Source: Obrimoposthia wandeli (Eukaryota). From it: 64,000 nt of DNA. Under the pieces are notes generated by a model. The model did not search any database. It was not told the DNA's origin and saw only the letters and a list, made by a program, of their open reading frames with translations. The translations under genes and the position numbers were made by a program. Shown piece after piece: positions 43,289-53,994 of the stretch (positions are counted from its first letter, which is position 1; each line of letters starts with the position of its first letter). The DNA lies in the NCBI GenBank assembly GCA_977020255.1, contig CDROCS010002866.1, positions 310,001-374,000 on the forward strand, written 5' to 3'.

Positions 43289-44053
43289 TTATTTGGCACT
43301 CATTCTCAACGCGCCATCTAAACGTATAACTTCTCCATTCAAATAACCATTATCAATAATATGTGCAACCATTTTTGCATACTCTATCGGAGCACCGAAT
43401 CGCTGCGGACTTTGCACCATTGCAATTAAAGGCTCGCGCACCTCATCAGTCATTGCTTGCATCATAGGGGTATCAAAAATTCCTGGTGCAATTGTCATAT
43501 TACGGATATTTAATTTTGCGAGATCACGCGCTACAGGTAATGTCATACCTGCTATTCCAGCCTTGCTTGCACTGTAAGCCGCTTGGCCCATCTGGCCATC
43601 AAAAGCTGCCACTGATGCAGTATTAATAATCACGCCACGCTCACCGCTTTCATCAGGCTGGTTGTTTGCCATTTGCTCTGCTGCTAATCGCAACACATTA
43701 AAGCTGCCAATCAGGTTTATATTAATCACTTGGCTAAATTTTTGTAAATCCAATGCACCATTGCGTCCAACTGTTTTACCACCAGGTGCTATACCTGCAC
43801 AGTTAACCAATATGTGAATAGCCGAAAATTCATCGAGCGCACGATTTATACCTGCTGCCACCGACGCCTCATCCGTCACATCTACTTTTACAAAAATAGC
43901 TGATGATAGTTGTTCAGCCAAAGCTTCTCCTGCTGTGATATTTAAATCAAAAATAACAACCTTCGCCCCTGCCGCTGATAAATGCTGGCAAGTCACTAAT
44001 CCTAATCCTGACGCGCCACCGGTTACAATAACCACTTTTTCTGCTAATTTCAT
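43289..44053 (-). CDS. 3-hydroxyacyl-CoA dehydrogenase type II (SDR, HSD17B10-like)
   Basis: TGGASGLG, NTASVAAFDGQMGQAAYSASK, NGEVIRLDGALRM. Confidence 0.9.
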   Translation of the reverse strand: MKLAEKVVIVTGGASGLGLVTCQHLSAAGAKVVIFDLNITAGEALAEQLSSAIFVKVDVTDEASVAAGINRALDEFSAIHILVNCAGIAPGGKTVGRNGALDLQKFSQVININLIGSFNVLRLAAEQMANNQPDESGERGVIINTASVAAFDGQMGQAAYSASKAGIAGMTLPVARDLAKLNIRNMTIAPGIFDTPMMQAMTDEVREPLIAMVQSPQRFGAPIEYAKMVAHIIDNGYLNGEVIRLDGALRMSAK

Positions 44054-44136
44054 GAATATCCTAAAGTTTTAAATTATGCTAGTGAATGAGAGGTGTTCCT
44101 GCTCTTTAAAGCTGAATTTGAGTAACTTATTTAACT

Positions 44137-45294
44137 TCATGTAACCTCACTTAACAGCGCCTTAGAAATGATAACGCGCTGTATCTCACTGGTTCCTTCA
44201 TAAATAGCGGTAATACGTACATCCCTAGCATAACGCTCTAACGGATATTCTTTAATGTAACCATAACCACCTAATAACTGTAGTGCGCTATAACAAGCTT
44301 CATTGGCTTTTTCAGATGAAAATAACTTAGCCATAGAAGCCGCCTTAGCAAATGGCAATTTCTTCTCTTTTAAATCCGCAGCATTCATAAGTAATAAACG
44401 CGCTGCTTCTAATGCTGTATATGCATCGCTCATCATCCACTGTAAACCTTGAAACTTGGCGATCGCTTGGCCAAACTGTTCGCGTTCCAGCATATAGTTA
44501 CGCGCATAATCCATCGCAGCAAGCCCTACTCCTAATGCCAGAGAGCCAATACCAATGCGCCCTCCTGCTAATTCTGTCACCGCTATTTTGTAACCAGTAT
44601 TAAGTTCACCCATCAATGCATCTTTAGGAATACGACAATTATCAAACACCACTTCGTTAGTCACTGAAGCTTTTTGTCCCATTTTTTGTTCAGCCTTAGA
44701 AATACTCATTCCAACAGTATCTTGCTCAACTAAAAAACAGGAGATACCTTTTCCTTTGCTAACACTGAAATCTGTAACGGCCCAAACCACCATCACACCG
44801 GCATATTCAGCGCTGGTGATAAACTGCTTAGCCCCATTTAAAACCCAATACTCACCTTCAAGTTTTGCGGTGGTTTTCATGTTTGCTGGATCCGAACCCG
44901 CTGTGGTTTCAGTTAAACAAAAAGCACCTGCTGTGTATTCGCCACTGCATAGCTTGGGTAAATAACATTGCTTTTGCGATTCACTGGCAACAGATTGAAT
45001 TACTTCTGCCACCATATTAGTGACAGACATCGTTACCGCTGTGGAGGCGCATGCTCTCGCAATTTCTGTAATAGCCACACTAAAGGCAACAGTACCTGCT
45101 TCACTTCCACCGTATTGGCTATCAATATTTAAACCCATAAATCCTAACTCAGCGAGTTGTTTTAGGTTTGATAAAAAGGCGGGGTTATCTCCTTCTTCAT
45201 CAAGTTTGGCTGCTATTGGCGCCAGTTCGCTAGCGGCAAATTTACTTGCCACCTCTTTTATCATTAACTGATCTTCACTGAGACTAAGATCCAT
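44137..45294 (-). CDS. Acyl-CoA dehydrogenase (short/branched-chain type)
   Basis: FCLTETTAGSD, GAKQFIT, KMGQKAS, GGYGY...YEGTSEIQR. Confidence 0.92.
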   Translation of the reverse strand: MDLSLSEDQLMIKEVASKFAASELAPIAAKLDEEGDNPAFLSNLKQLAELGFMGLNIDSQYGGSEAGTVAFSVAITEIARACASTAVTMSVTNMVAEVIQSVASESQKQCYLPKLCSGEYTAGAFCLTETTAGSDPANMKTTAKLEGEYWVLNGAKQFITSAEYAGVMVVWAVTDFSVSKGKGISCFLVEQDTVGMSISKAEQKMGQKASVTNEVVFDNCRIPKDALMGELNTGYKIAVTELAGGRIGIGSLALGVGLAAMDYARNYMLEREQFGQAIAKFQGLQWMMSDAYTALEAARLLLMNAADLKEKKLPFAKAASMAKLFSSEKANEACYSALQLLGGYGYIKEYPLERYARDVRITAIYEGTSEIQRVIISKALLSEVT

Positions 45295-45394
45295 TGCATT
45301 TCATCCTGGGAAAAGTTAGACAATTTTGTCGATCTACTAGCAACATATTAAAAATATGATAGCTAGTATTTAACATTAAACTTCATATTATTTG

Positions 45395-46582
45395 CTATAT
45401 AAGCTCTATCGCGACAGCCGTTGCTTCACCACCACCAATGCATAAAGATGCGACGCCTTTACTCTTACCTTGATTTTGTAGAGCATATATAAGCGAGACT
45501 AAAATTCTTGCCCCTGAGCACCCTATTGGATGCCCCAAAGCGCACGCCCCACCATTTATGTTCACTTTTTGAGCATCTAAGTTCAATTCTTGCATCGCTA
45601 TCATCGTGACAACCGCAAAAGCTTCATTGATTTCATACAGATCAACTTCTTCACTACTCCAAGCTATTTTTTTCAACAGCTTTTGTAAGGCATTCACAGG
45701 TGCTATGGTAAACTCAGCAGGCTCTTGAGCATGGGAGCTATGGCCTACAATGCGTGCAATAGGGGTTAAGTTACGCGCTTTTGCTTCACTCTCTGTCATC
45801 ATCACTAAAGCGGCTGCACCATCAGAAATCGAGCTAGAGTTGGCAGCTGTAACTGTGCCATCTTTTTTGAAAGCGGGCCTTAAATTCGGAATTTTCTCGA
45901 TGTTAGCTGCAAATGGCTGCTCATCTTGATTTACCACGGTGTCCCCTTTGCGGCTTTTAACCGTAACCGGTGCTATTTCGCTTTCGAAACGTTTCTCTTC
46001 AATAGCTTTTTGTGCCCGTGTTAAAGAGCGAATGGCGAAATCGTCCATGGCTTTTCTAGAAAAACCATAATCATCTGCCGTTTGTTGTGCAAAAACGCCC
46101 ATCAATTTACCGTCATAGGCATTTTCTAAACCATCGTAGAACATTGAATCCAGCACTTGCCCATGCCCCATACGCAAGCCCGTACGTACTTTAGGTAATA
46201 GGTAAGGAGATTGACTCATGTTTTCCATGCCGCCCGCGACCATCACACTAGCACTGCCAGCTTTTAGCTGATCATGTGCAAACATCACCGCTTTCATACC
46301 AGAGCCACACATTTTATTAATCGTTGTACAATTAGCTGCCAAGCTTAACCCAGCGCCCAATGCTGCTTGGCGCGCAGGTGCTTGGCCTAATCCACCGGCA
46401 AGTACGCATCCCATTACCACTTCTTCAACAGCATCAAAGTCTATATTTGCGCGGCTAACGGCCTCTTTAATAGCAAAAGAAGCTAAATTAGGTGCGGTTA
46501 CTGAACTAAGTACACCTTGCATGCCACCGATGGCTGTTCTTGCAGCTGATACAATTACAATTGATTGTGTTGAATTTGACAT
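45395..46582 (-). CDS. Acetyl-CoA C-acyltransferase (thiolase)
   Basis: NKMCGSG, YEINEAF, GHPIGCSG, CIGGG; start reassigned to MSNSTQ. Confidence 0.94.
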   Translation of the reverse strand: MSNSTQSIVIVSAARTAIGGMQGVLSSVTAPNLASFAIKEAVSRANIDFDAVEEVVMGCVLAGGLGQAPARQAALGAGLSLAANCTTINKMCGSGMKAVMFAHDQLKAGSASVMVAGGMENMSQSPYLLPKVRTGLRMGHGQVLDSMFYDGLENAYDGKLMGVFAQQTADDYGFSRKAMDDFAIRSLTRAQKAIEEKRFESEIAPVTVKSRKGDTVVNQDEQPFAANIEKIPNLRPAFKKDGTVTAANSSSISDGAAALVMMTESEAKARNLTPIARIVGHSSHAQEPAEFTIAPVNALQKLLKKIAWSSEEVDLYEINEAFAVVTMIAMQELNLDAQKVNINGGACALGHPIGCSGARILVSLIYALQNQGKSKGVASLCIGGGEATAVAIELI

Positions 46583-46718
46583 AATAACTCTCCAATAATT
46601 TATAGGCATTACTATAGTGAAATTACTATAGTAATAAAATGACATTAGCTTACTATATTGATCACATTTTATTACAATATAATGAGATATTTATGCACAA
46701 GAACTGATGGAGTAAGCA

Positions 46719-47723
46719 GTGGCAACAGTTGATATACATTACGCAAAGGCCATTTTACAGTGCAATGTACGGCGCAATCTGAATGTTGATCAGTTAATGA
46801 ATGAAGTGGGATTGAATGATGCCCTATTAGCACAAACAGATACGCGCATTGCCGGTGAAAAAATAACGCACATGATCAAACATACTTGGGCCCGCTTGAA
46901 TGATGAGTTTATGGGCTGTACTGAGCACCCTTGTAAACATGGCGTATTTGCCTTGATGTGTAAATATGCTTTAGGTCACGATAGCTTACAGCAGGTATTA
47001 GCAAAAGGTATTCATTTCTATAGTTTATTTACTGACGATCTTTACATGCAATTAGTCACAAAAGCTAAAACAGCAGAACTGACCATCAGCTTTACTAAAC
47101 CCGAACTGGATATTGACAATTTCTTTCAAGAATTTTGGCTAATGATTTGGCATCGATTTGCCAGCTGGGTAATTGGCAAAAAAATAGTACTGTATCAAGT
47201 CGCTTTCCCCTACCCGAAACCTGAACACCATACTGAGCTAAAATACGCCTTTCCCTGTCGTAACCTGTTTGAGCAAAGTGCATTAAAACTAAGCTTTAGT
47301 ATTGACTACCTAGCTGTTGCACCAGTGAGAACCAAGCGTGATTTATCAATTTTTTTGAAAAACTCTCCCGCTGATTTTATTACTATTCCAGGGGAAGAAA
47401 AAAGCTATCAAGCAAAAATTCGTAGCTTATTGATTCATCAACAACACAGCATCTTACACTGTCCAAGCTTTGAACATCTAGCTGCACATTTTAATGTTAG
47501 CTCGCAAACACTACGGCGTAAATTAAAAGCAGAAAAAACCTCTTACCCACAAATCAAAGATGAGATTAGACGTGATATAGCCATACAAAAGCTGATAGCC
47601 AATAGCGTTTCTATTACCCATATTGCCCGTTCATTAGGCTTTAGCGAACCTAGATCTTTCACACGTGCATTCAAGAAGTGGACGGGATACAACCCAAGTG
47701 AATATAAAGAAAGCCTTGGATAG
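46719..47723 (+). CDS. AraC-family transcriptional regulator
   Basis: Long N-terminal sensing domain; TLRRKLKAE and LGFSEPRSFTRAFKKWTG HTH; divergent from the thiolase cluster. Confidence 0.92.
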   Translation: MATVDIHYAKAILQCNVRRNLNVDQLMNEVGLNDALLAQTDTRIAGEKITHMIKHTWARLNDEFMGCTEHPCKHGVFALMCKYALGHDSLQQVLAKGIHFYSLFTDDLYMQLVTKAKTAELTISFTKPELDIDNFFQEFWLMIWHRFASWVIGKKIVLYQVAFPYPKPEHHTELKYAFPCRNLFEQSALKLSFSIDYLAVAPVRTKRDLSIFLKNSPADFITIPGEEKSYQAKIRSLLIHQQHSILHCPSFEHLAAHFNVSSQTLRRKLKAEKTSYPQIKDEIRRDIAIQKLIANSVSITHIARSLGFSEPRSFTRAFKKWTGYNPSEYKESLG

Positions 47724-47967
47724 TCAGCAAAAACGCTGCATATATCCTTATTAGATATGTGTAAAGAAGACTGGGTCTATGAGGACCGATAATAGAATAA
47801 AGCCGCGAGCACGATGAAGATGGCTATTTTAACTAGGCTTAGGGTTTAACCAAATACAGCGAAATCAGGGAACTTACTTCTTTGCTATTGAGCCCGTATT
47901 TAACATAGACATACATACTCAACAGCCAAAATTCATCTAATTAAGGCTGTTGGTGTATTAAATCAAT

Positions 47968-49536
47968 TTAAGCTAAGCTGTCGTCCGCCACTCTATACTT
48001 AGGATCTTCATCTTCATTAGCCTCAACTAGTGAACCTGATTTCTCTAATAGCGCCGTACACTCAGCACTTAAATGACGTAAGTGTAAAACAGTACCTGCA
48101 GCAATATATTTGTCAGCAATAGCATCAATCGCCTCAATACCTGAATGATCAACTACACGTGCATCTTTGAAATCAATAATCACATCCTTAGGGTCGGCAC
48201 TGGGTGTAAAATTATCTTTAAAACTTTGCGCTGATGCAAAAAACAATGGCCCGTGCGGCAAATATACTTTGGTTTTATCTTCTATGCGCGTTTCCATCTC
48301 AACGTGCTTGGCATGGCGCCAAGCAAAGATAAGCGCTGACATAATAACACCCACCACTACCGCTATCGCCAAATCAGTAAATACAGTGACTACCGCTACT
48401 GTTATACCGACACAAGTATCCCCTAGTGGAATACGCCCTAGTAAACGAAAGCTAGCCCATTCAAACGTCCCTAACACTACCATGAACATCACACCCACTA
48501 ACGCCGCTAGTGGGATCATTTCAATGTAGGCTGAACCAAACAGAATAAAGGCTAATAAGAATAACGCAGCAGAGACACCTGATATACGAGTACGACCACC
48601 TGAGTTAATATTGATCATACTTTGACCAATCATTGCACAACCACCCATACCACCGAAAAAGCCGGTCGCAACGTTAGCCACACCTTGACCTATACATTCT
48701 TTATTACCGCGTCCTCGTGTATTAGTTATTTCATCAATCAACGTTAAGGTTAACAATGACTCTATTAAGCCAATTGCCGCTAAAATAATGGCATAAGGGA
48801 AGATAATAACCAACGTTTCCATATTCAATGGCACCATTGGGAAATGAAATTCAGGCAAACCCGCTGCTATAGTAGCGTTTATGTCACCCGTTTTCTCTTG
48901 TAGAAAGTTAACTACCGTTAACGTTTCAAGATCAAAACCTAACACCAGTAAAGTCACTACTACAATTGCCACTAAAGCCGAGGGAACAGCAGTGGTCACT
49001 AACGGTAAAAAACGAATGATAGACATCGTTAATACGATCAAACCAAGCATAATCCAAAGCGCTGAATCACTAAGCCAAGTTCCAGACATCCAACCCCATT
49101 TGCCTTCAGGTGTGTCTGATTGCAACATCGGTACTTGTGATAAAAAGATAACAATCGCCAAACCGTTCACAAAACCTAACATTACTGGATGGGGCACTAA
49201 GCGAATAAACTTACCTAAGCGAAACACTCCTGCTAGTACTTGCAGTATTCCCATCAGTACAACGGTGGCAAAAAGATACTCAACACCGTGATCGGCAACT
49301 AACGCGACCATCACTACTGCTAATGCACCGGTAGCACCTGAAATCATACCCGGACGACCACCAATAAGTGCCGTTATTAAACCCACCATAAACGCGGCAT
49401 AAAGACCTACTAGCGGCGCTACTCCCGCTACGAAAGCAAAGGCCACTGCCTCTGGAACAAGCGCTAAAGCGACAGTTAAACCAGAGAGTACGTCATTTTT
49501 CATACTCTGTGATTTGGAAACAAGCATTTGGAACAT
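47968..49536 (-). CDS. SulP-family inorganic anion transporter with STAS domain
   Basis: [35 protein letters not shown]; C-terminal STAS (GPLFFASA). Confidence 0.93.
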   Translation of the reverse strand: MFQMLVSKSQSMKNDVLSGLTVALALVPEAVAFAFVAGVAPLVGLYAAFMVGLITALIGGRPGMISGATGALAVVMVALVADHGVEYLFATVVLMGILQVLAGVFRLGKFIRLVPHPVMLGFVNGLAIVIFLSQVPMLQSDTPEGKWGWMSGTWLSDSALWIMLGLIVLTMSIIRFLPLVTTAVPSALVAIVVVTLLVLGFDLETLTVVNFLQEKTGDINATIAAGLPEFHFPMVPLNMETLVIIFPYAIILAAIGLIESLLTLTLIDEITNTRGRGNKECIGQGVANVATGFFGGMGGCAMIGQSMININSGGRTRISGVSAALFLLAFILFGSAYIEMIPLAALVGVMFMVVLGTFEWASFRLLGRIPLGDTCVGITVAVVTVFTDLAIAVVVGVIMSALIFAWRHAKHVEMETRIEDKTKVYLPHGPLFFASAQSFKDNFTPSADPKDVIIDFKDARVVDHSGIEAIDAIADKYIAAGTVLHLRHLSAECTALLEKSGSLVEANEDEDPKYRVADDSLA

Positions 49537-49805
49537 GTAGTTTGAAACCTTCTATCCGATATCACTGGATAAGCCCAGCGAAAAATGGCGACAAGTTTAG
49601 CAAATAGATTAACCAGATAGTAGTAAATAAGCGCAGATCATTGCTAATTTCAATATATTATATACAAGATAGACGCATTTCATTTTTCACAAGAAATACT
49701 TTGCCGCTGCATTTTAATCTAAAATTAAGCACTATTATTTAAGGTATACCGGCACGATAGTCCCACTTGCAGCTTCATGGAGCGCTGAAGAAGATTACAA
49801 TGTGC

Positions 49806-49970
49806 TAGGAGGCTATCCTAGAACTGCGATTGTAACGAGAGCCAAGCTCTTTGAGTCAAATTTAGCTGTCATTTGAGGAGAATAGTTATTCTATTTAATA
49901 AAAATGAACGTTGAATTTGGCCAAATAGATTGATTCGCAGTAGATCTGTCTGTTCTAGGATAGCCTCCTA
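49806..49970. mobile_element. MITE family B copy 1 (TA-flanked, 165 bp)
   Basis: Perfect 19-bp terminal IRs TAGGAGGCTATCCTAGAAC / GTTCTAGGATAGCCTCCTA, beginning and ending in TA. Confidence 0.8.
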
Positions 49971-50068
49971 AAAGGCTCTTCGAGAACGGCGATTGTAGCG
50001 AGAGCCAGGATATCTTAGTCGAATAGATTGGTTAACAGTAGATCAGTCTGCTCTTGGATAACCTACTA
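49969..50068. mobile_element. MITE family B copy 2 (shortened, degenerate), overlapping the dinB 3' end
   Basis: Ends TAAAAGGCTCTTCGAGAAC and GCTCTTGGATAACCTACTA; internal GAACGGCGATTGTAGCGAGAGCC and AATAGATTGGTTAACAGTAGATCAGTCTG match copy 1; shares one TA with copy 1. Confidence 0.7.
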
Positions 50069-51125
50069 GCTCAAGCTCTAAAGGTAACTGTTGATAGGCA
50101 TTTTTTGAAATAGGTGACAAGCGATAGCCCAATCCAATCAAGCGCACTGGTTTATTACCGCGGTTATATGCCTGGCTTAACAGATAAGAAAACAAAGATT
50201 GTTGATTGATACTCGCTTGCTGTTCAACAGTTGTTTGTGTGAAATCATGAAACTTAAGCTTTACAAATAAGCCTGAAACTCTACGTGGCTGCTTAAGTCT
50301 TGTGTAGCGTTCACTGAGCTCTTGTTGTAGGGCATCGATCTTTTCTATACACGTAGCGCACTCTTGAATATCGCTGGAGAAAGTATGCTCTACGCTGATT
50401 GATTTAGTATCACGGGTAGTGCTAACCGCTCGATTATCAATACCTTGACTTAGCTCATATAACCTTTCACCAAAGCTACCAAAATGTTGTTGTAGAAAAT
50501 CCACACCGCGCTCACGCAAATGATGGCAATTTTCAATACCTAAAGCATACATTTTTTCAGCTGTTTTATGGCCAACCCCATGAATTTTTTTAACCGGCAA
50601 GAACTCAACAAATGCACTGATATCTTCTGGTGCTATCACCTTTAAGCCGTTTGGTTTATTCCAATCACTGGCAATTTTAGCTAAAAATTTATTAGGTGCT
50701 ACACCTGCCGAAATAGTAATGCCCACTTCTTTTTCCACTTTATATCTTAAATACTGCGCTAAGCGGGTAGCACTTCCTGAAAAACGTGGCGAATCACTAA
50801 CATCCAAAAAAGCCTCATCCAAAGACAAAGGCTCCAAAAGTTCAGTGAATTCCCTATAAATCGCAAAAATTTGCTGTGAAGCTTCTTTGTATTTTTGCAT
50901 ATTGCCGTTAATCAAATGCAAATGCGGACAGCGCTTTAAAGCCTGAGCACTAGACATAGCAGAATGGATACCAAACTCACGTGCCGGATAATTACAAGTG
51001 GAGATCACACCACGTCGATCAGACCTCCCTCCTATTGCAATAGGGATATTAGCCAATGCTGGGTTGTCACGCATTTCCACAGCTGCGTAAAAGCAATCAC
51101 AATCACAATGAATTATTTTTCGCAT
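50043..51125 (-). CDS. dinB: DNA polymerase IV
   Basis: RKIIHCDCDCFYAAVE, CNYPAREFG, SLDEAFLD, NKFLAKIASDWNKPNG. Confidence 0.97.
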   Translation of the reverse strand: MRKIIHCDCDCFYAAVEMRDNPALANIPIAIGGRSDRRGVISTCNYPAREFGIHSAMSSAQALKRCPHLHLINGNMQKYKEASQQIFAIYREFTELLEPLSLDEAFLDVSDSPRFSGSATRLAQYLRYKVEKEVGITISAGVAPNKFLAKIASDWNKPNGLKVIAPEDISAFVEFLPVKKIHGVGHKTAEKMYALGIENCHHLRERGVDFLQQHFGSFGERLYELSQGIDNRAVSTTRDTKSISVEHTFSSDIQECATCIEKIDALQQELSERYTRLKQPRRVSGLFVKLKFHDFTQTTVEQQASINQQSLFSYLLSQAYNRGNKPVRLIGLGYRLSPISKNAYQQLPLELELVGYPRAD

Positions 51126-51136
51126 CAACCCTGCTC

Positions 51137-51156
51137 TACTGTATTTTTATACAGTA
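51137..51156. promoter_or_regulatory. LexA (SOS) box upstream of dinB
   Basis: TACTGTATTTTTATACAGTA, near-consensus, about 10 bp from the start codon. Confidence 0.92.
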
Positions 51157-51549
51157 TATAGCGACTAAATTTAATTTGGTAGAGTATTTCTTACATTACT
51201 TTTAGGATAGCAGCTAGATGAGCGAAAATTAGATGTAACAAAGCCTTTGTAGAACGCATCGATTGACAGTAATATAAAAAACATGTTGAGCGCAAAAAAA
51301 GGAAAGCTTTGAAGCTCTACAAATTCAAGAATTAAGACCAACTCTTCACTAATGAAAATCTATTATTCAGTGAGATCTATCTCGACTTTCTAGAAAGGAG
51401 TTTTTAACCACGAAAGACACGGGGAAAACTTAGAAGGATGAGCTAATTAATTTTTTAGCGCAAAAAAAAGCCCTATAACTCATTAATCTACTCTTGAGTA
51501 AAATTAACTTGTTATAGAGCCAAAAAAACACGCTAAGGGGTGTAAATAT

Positions 51550-51762
51550 TTACTTCGCTAGCTTTTCTATTAAAAACATATTAGCAGCTGAAGTGTTATT
51601 CTGGGTTAAAGCTAAAAGATGGCTTTTAACAGCACTATAAGCTTTAGCTATCAATTTTAGTAAAAACTCGCTGCGTAAACGATTTGCTTCTCTGTTGTAA
51701 TACTCAACATCGATGGCGCCTGACTTAGTTCTTACTAATTGATCACTTGATTGGTTAGTCAT
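51550..51762 (-). CDS. Small protein, RSP_7527-like family
   Basis: IDVEYYNREANRLRSEF motif; good RBS (AAGGAG); divergent from a GcvA-like LysR. Confidence 0.65.
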   Translation of the reverse strand: MTNQSSDQLVRTKSGAIDVEYYNREANRLRSEFLLKLIAKAYSAVKSHLLALTQNNTSAANMFLIEKLAK

Positions 51763-51924
51763 GGTAAAACTCCTTATTTGGCCAGGAGTCTCAGTGCTTA
51801 GGAGTATTTCCTAAGTCGAGCACCCTGTGAATTAATATGCGCGTAGTTTAATACCTTTGTAGCACTTGCACAAAATATCAATTTTCAGCACAATGATGAA
51901 AATAATTCAGCAATGGTTTTTTTA

Positions 51925-52821
51925 ATGTTACGTCTTCCACCTCTCAATACTTTACGCAGTTTTGAAGCCGCTGCTCGAACTGGCAGCTTTGTTCAAGCAG
52001 CACAAGAACTTGCAGTTACCTCTTCTGCTGTTAGCCATCAAATTAAAGGGTTAGAAAACTATTTAGGGGTGAGTTTATTTGACAGAGTAAAACGCCATGC
52101 GCAGCTCACTCCCAGTGGTGAAAAATACTTAACTTCGATTAAGCACGCATTAAGAGAAATTGCTGAAGCGACTGAACAATTAAAATCAAGTGTAGAAACC
52201 GACACGATTACGATAAGCATGACACCTCACTTTCTAACGCGCTGGATGATGCCCCGTTTAGGAAAGTTTCAGGATTTATATCCTGAAATTGAACTACAAA
52301 TAAACGCATCAATGGGGTTAATCGATTTTGATAAGAGCAGCACTGATATGGCCATTTATTTCGGTAATGGGAATTGGCCCGACGTTCAAGTGCATTTTTT
52401 AAAAGATATCTACCTTGTTCCTATCTGTAGCCCCGCGATCATCAGCCAAAGAAAACCGTTATCGGATCCACAAGACATTCGCCATCATCCATTAATTCAT
52501 GTAAGTAAACGTTTACCCGAGTGGAGCCAATGGTTGGAATTAGCAGGTGTTAAGTTCAAAGAGCGCAAAAAAGGCCTACAGCTATCTAATAGTATGCTTA
52601 CCAACGCAGCAGCAGCTGAGAAGCTCGGTATTGCGCTAGGTGACCCAACATTGTTAGGGCCAGAATTAGAATCAGGTAAGCTAATTATCCCCTTTGATCT
52701 CCCTTTAAACATTCATCGATCATTTTATCTTGTTTATCAAAAAGATCGCACACTTAGCTATGCTATGAATGTTTTTAAACAATGGGTCATGCTAGAAATG
52801 CAAACAAAAACGCTAGAGTAA
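51925..52821 (+). CDS. LysR-family regulator (GcvA-like)
   Basis: MLRLPPLNTLRSFEAAAR...SAVSHQIK.LE HTH; WMMPRLGKF. Confidence 0.93.
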   Translation: MLRLPPLNTLRSFEAAARTGSFVQAAQELAVTSSAVSHQIKGLENYLGVSLFDRVKRHAQLTPSGEKYLTSIKHALREIAEATEQLKSSVETDTITISMTPHFLTRWMMPRLGKFQDLYPEIELQINASMGLIDFDKSSTDMAIYFGNGNWPDVQVHFLKDIYLVPICSPAIISQRKPLSDPQDIRHHPLIHVSKRLPEWSQWLELAGVKFKERKKGLQLSNSMLTNAAAAEKLGIALGDPTLLGPELESGKLIIPFDLPLNIHRSFYLVYQKDRTLSYAMNVFKQWVMLEMQTKTLE

Positions 52822-53387
52822 TAATGCTACAGGCTTAAAGGCTACCAAGTTACCAGATTATAAAACGCTGACGAAGGCAGCTAACAGCCAGGTGCCGTTA
52901 TTTTGCGATCAGCGGCATAAAGATTTGGATCGTTCTGTTATAGGTATTTTTTATTTAAACTTTAAATTTAATTTGTTATAAAAGTGCAGTAATGCCCTGT
53001 CTTTATCGTCTCTAACTTCCTTGCCGTTATCGGTCAAGTAGCTATTTGACGGGTGTGAAATCAAGTTTTCAAGAGCATACACCCCTTCTTTAATATTTAA
53101 ATATCCAAGCTGAATAAGAATTTAGTCCTAAATACTCAGATCTAGCCGTAATTGTAAAATTTGGTAAAATAGCCGAGTAAAATATCACTAGCAGGGAAGT
53201 TACTAATTCATATTCAAACAATCCTTTCCTGCTGCCAATATTTAATCTAGATTTAAGTGGCAGTTTCTATCAGTTCGTTATGGGTGCTGACTCAATAAAT
53301 AATGTAGCGGTTACAGGTTTTTTTTAGTATCCGTTTTAATTTTACAATACCGCGTTACTCTCAACTTTCATGTTGTGAGCAGTGCCG

Positions 53388-53463
53388 TATTAACAAGTTT
53401 AGGCACAGCGAATTGTCTCCGCTGCTTCGCAGCTCCACCAATCGCGTGCTAAAAGCGTTATGT
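53388..53463 (+). other. attC site (apparently intact)
   Basis: TATTAAC...GTTATGT; arms TTTAGGCACAGCGAATTG / CAATCGCGTGCTAAAA pair with extrahelical bases. Confidence 0.82.
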
Positions 53464-53481
53464 TTATAAATAGGTCTGAGT

Positions 53482-53868
53482 ATGAATCAAGTTAGAGGTT
53501 TTGCTGTTTCATGTGTAATAGTCGTTATTATATTTTTAGTTTCAGCAATATCTGCTGGGTTAATTGCTGATTTCTTTGGCGTTTGGAAAAAGCCAATCAT
53601 TGGTTCTTTTGCTGCTTTTTTTGTGGTGATATCTGGTTATGCCACGGCACCTAGTCATAAACAAATAGCTGCAGTCGTTTGGTTAATTGTAGGCGCTGTT
53701 TCAGCTTGGATTTTAGCAGGTGATTCATACTATCCTGAAGATTATGAACATGCATATCAGCTTACTATAATTCCTTTACTCGCAACTTACCTTAGCGGTA
53801 TATTTGCATTATTGTTATGTATGGTGTGGCACAAAAAACATAACAAGAAAATCAACAAGGACACGTAA
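53482..53868 (+). CDS. Hypothetical membrane protein (cassette gene)
   Basis: Four hydrophobic segments; C-terminal HNKKINKDT is read through the attC left arm. Confidence 0.75.
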   Translation: MNQVRGFAVSCVIVVIIFLVSAISAGLIADFFGVWKKPIIGSFAAFFVVISGYATAPSHKQIAAVVWLIVGAVSAWILAGDSYYPEDYEHAYQLTIIPLLATYLSGIFALLLCMVWHKKHNKKINKDT

Positions 53869-53940
53869 CAGCTGGCTACGTTTCGCTTCGCTACACAATT
53901 TCAGCCATCTATTACTTAGCCTATTATTTGGCCCTTAAAT
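53838..53940 (+). other. Degenerate attC site
   Basis: ACATAACAAGAAAATCAACAAGGAC...TATTATTTGGCC-CTTAAAT; R' GTT changed to CTT. Confidence 0.65.
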
Positions 53941-53994
53941 TGAAAATTAGAATCAGCCTCGAATTCTGAACTATATAACTAACACTGGAGAGTT

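Noticed and set aside
52879-52943. Possible additional attC (AGCTAAC...GTTATAG)
   Set aside because: Only a 6-bp inner pairing (GTGCCG/CGGCAT) and no clear L boxes; too weak to call.
52950-53380. Minus-strand open stretch (...YLNIKEGVYALENLISHPS...KFK*)
   Set aside because: Probably a decayed gene but no family recognisable and no clear start.
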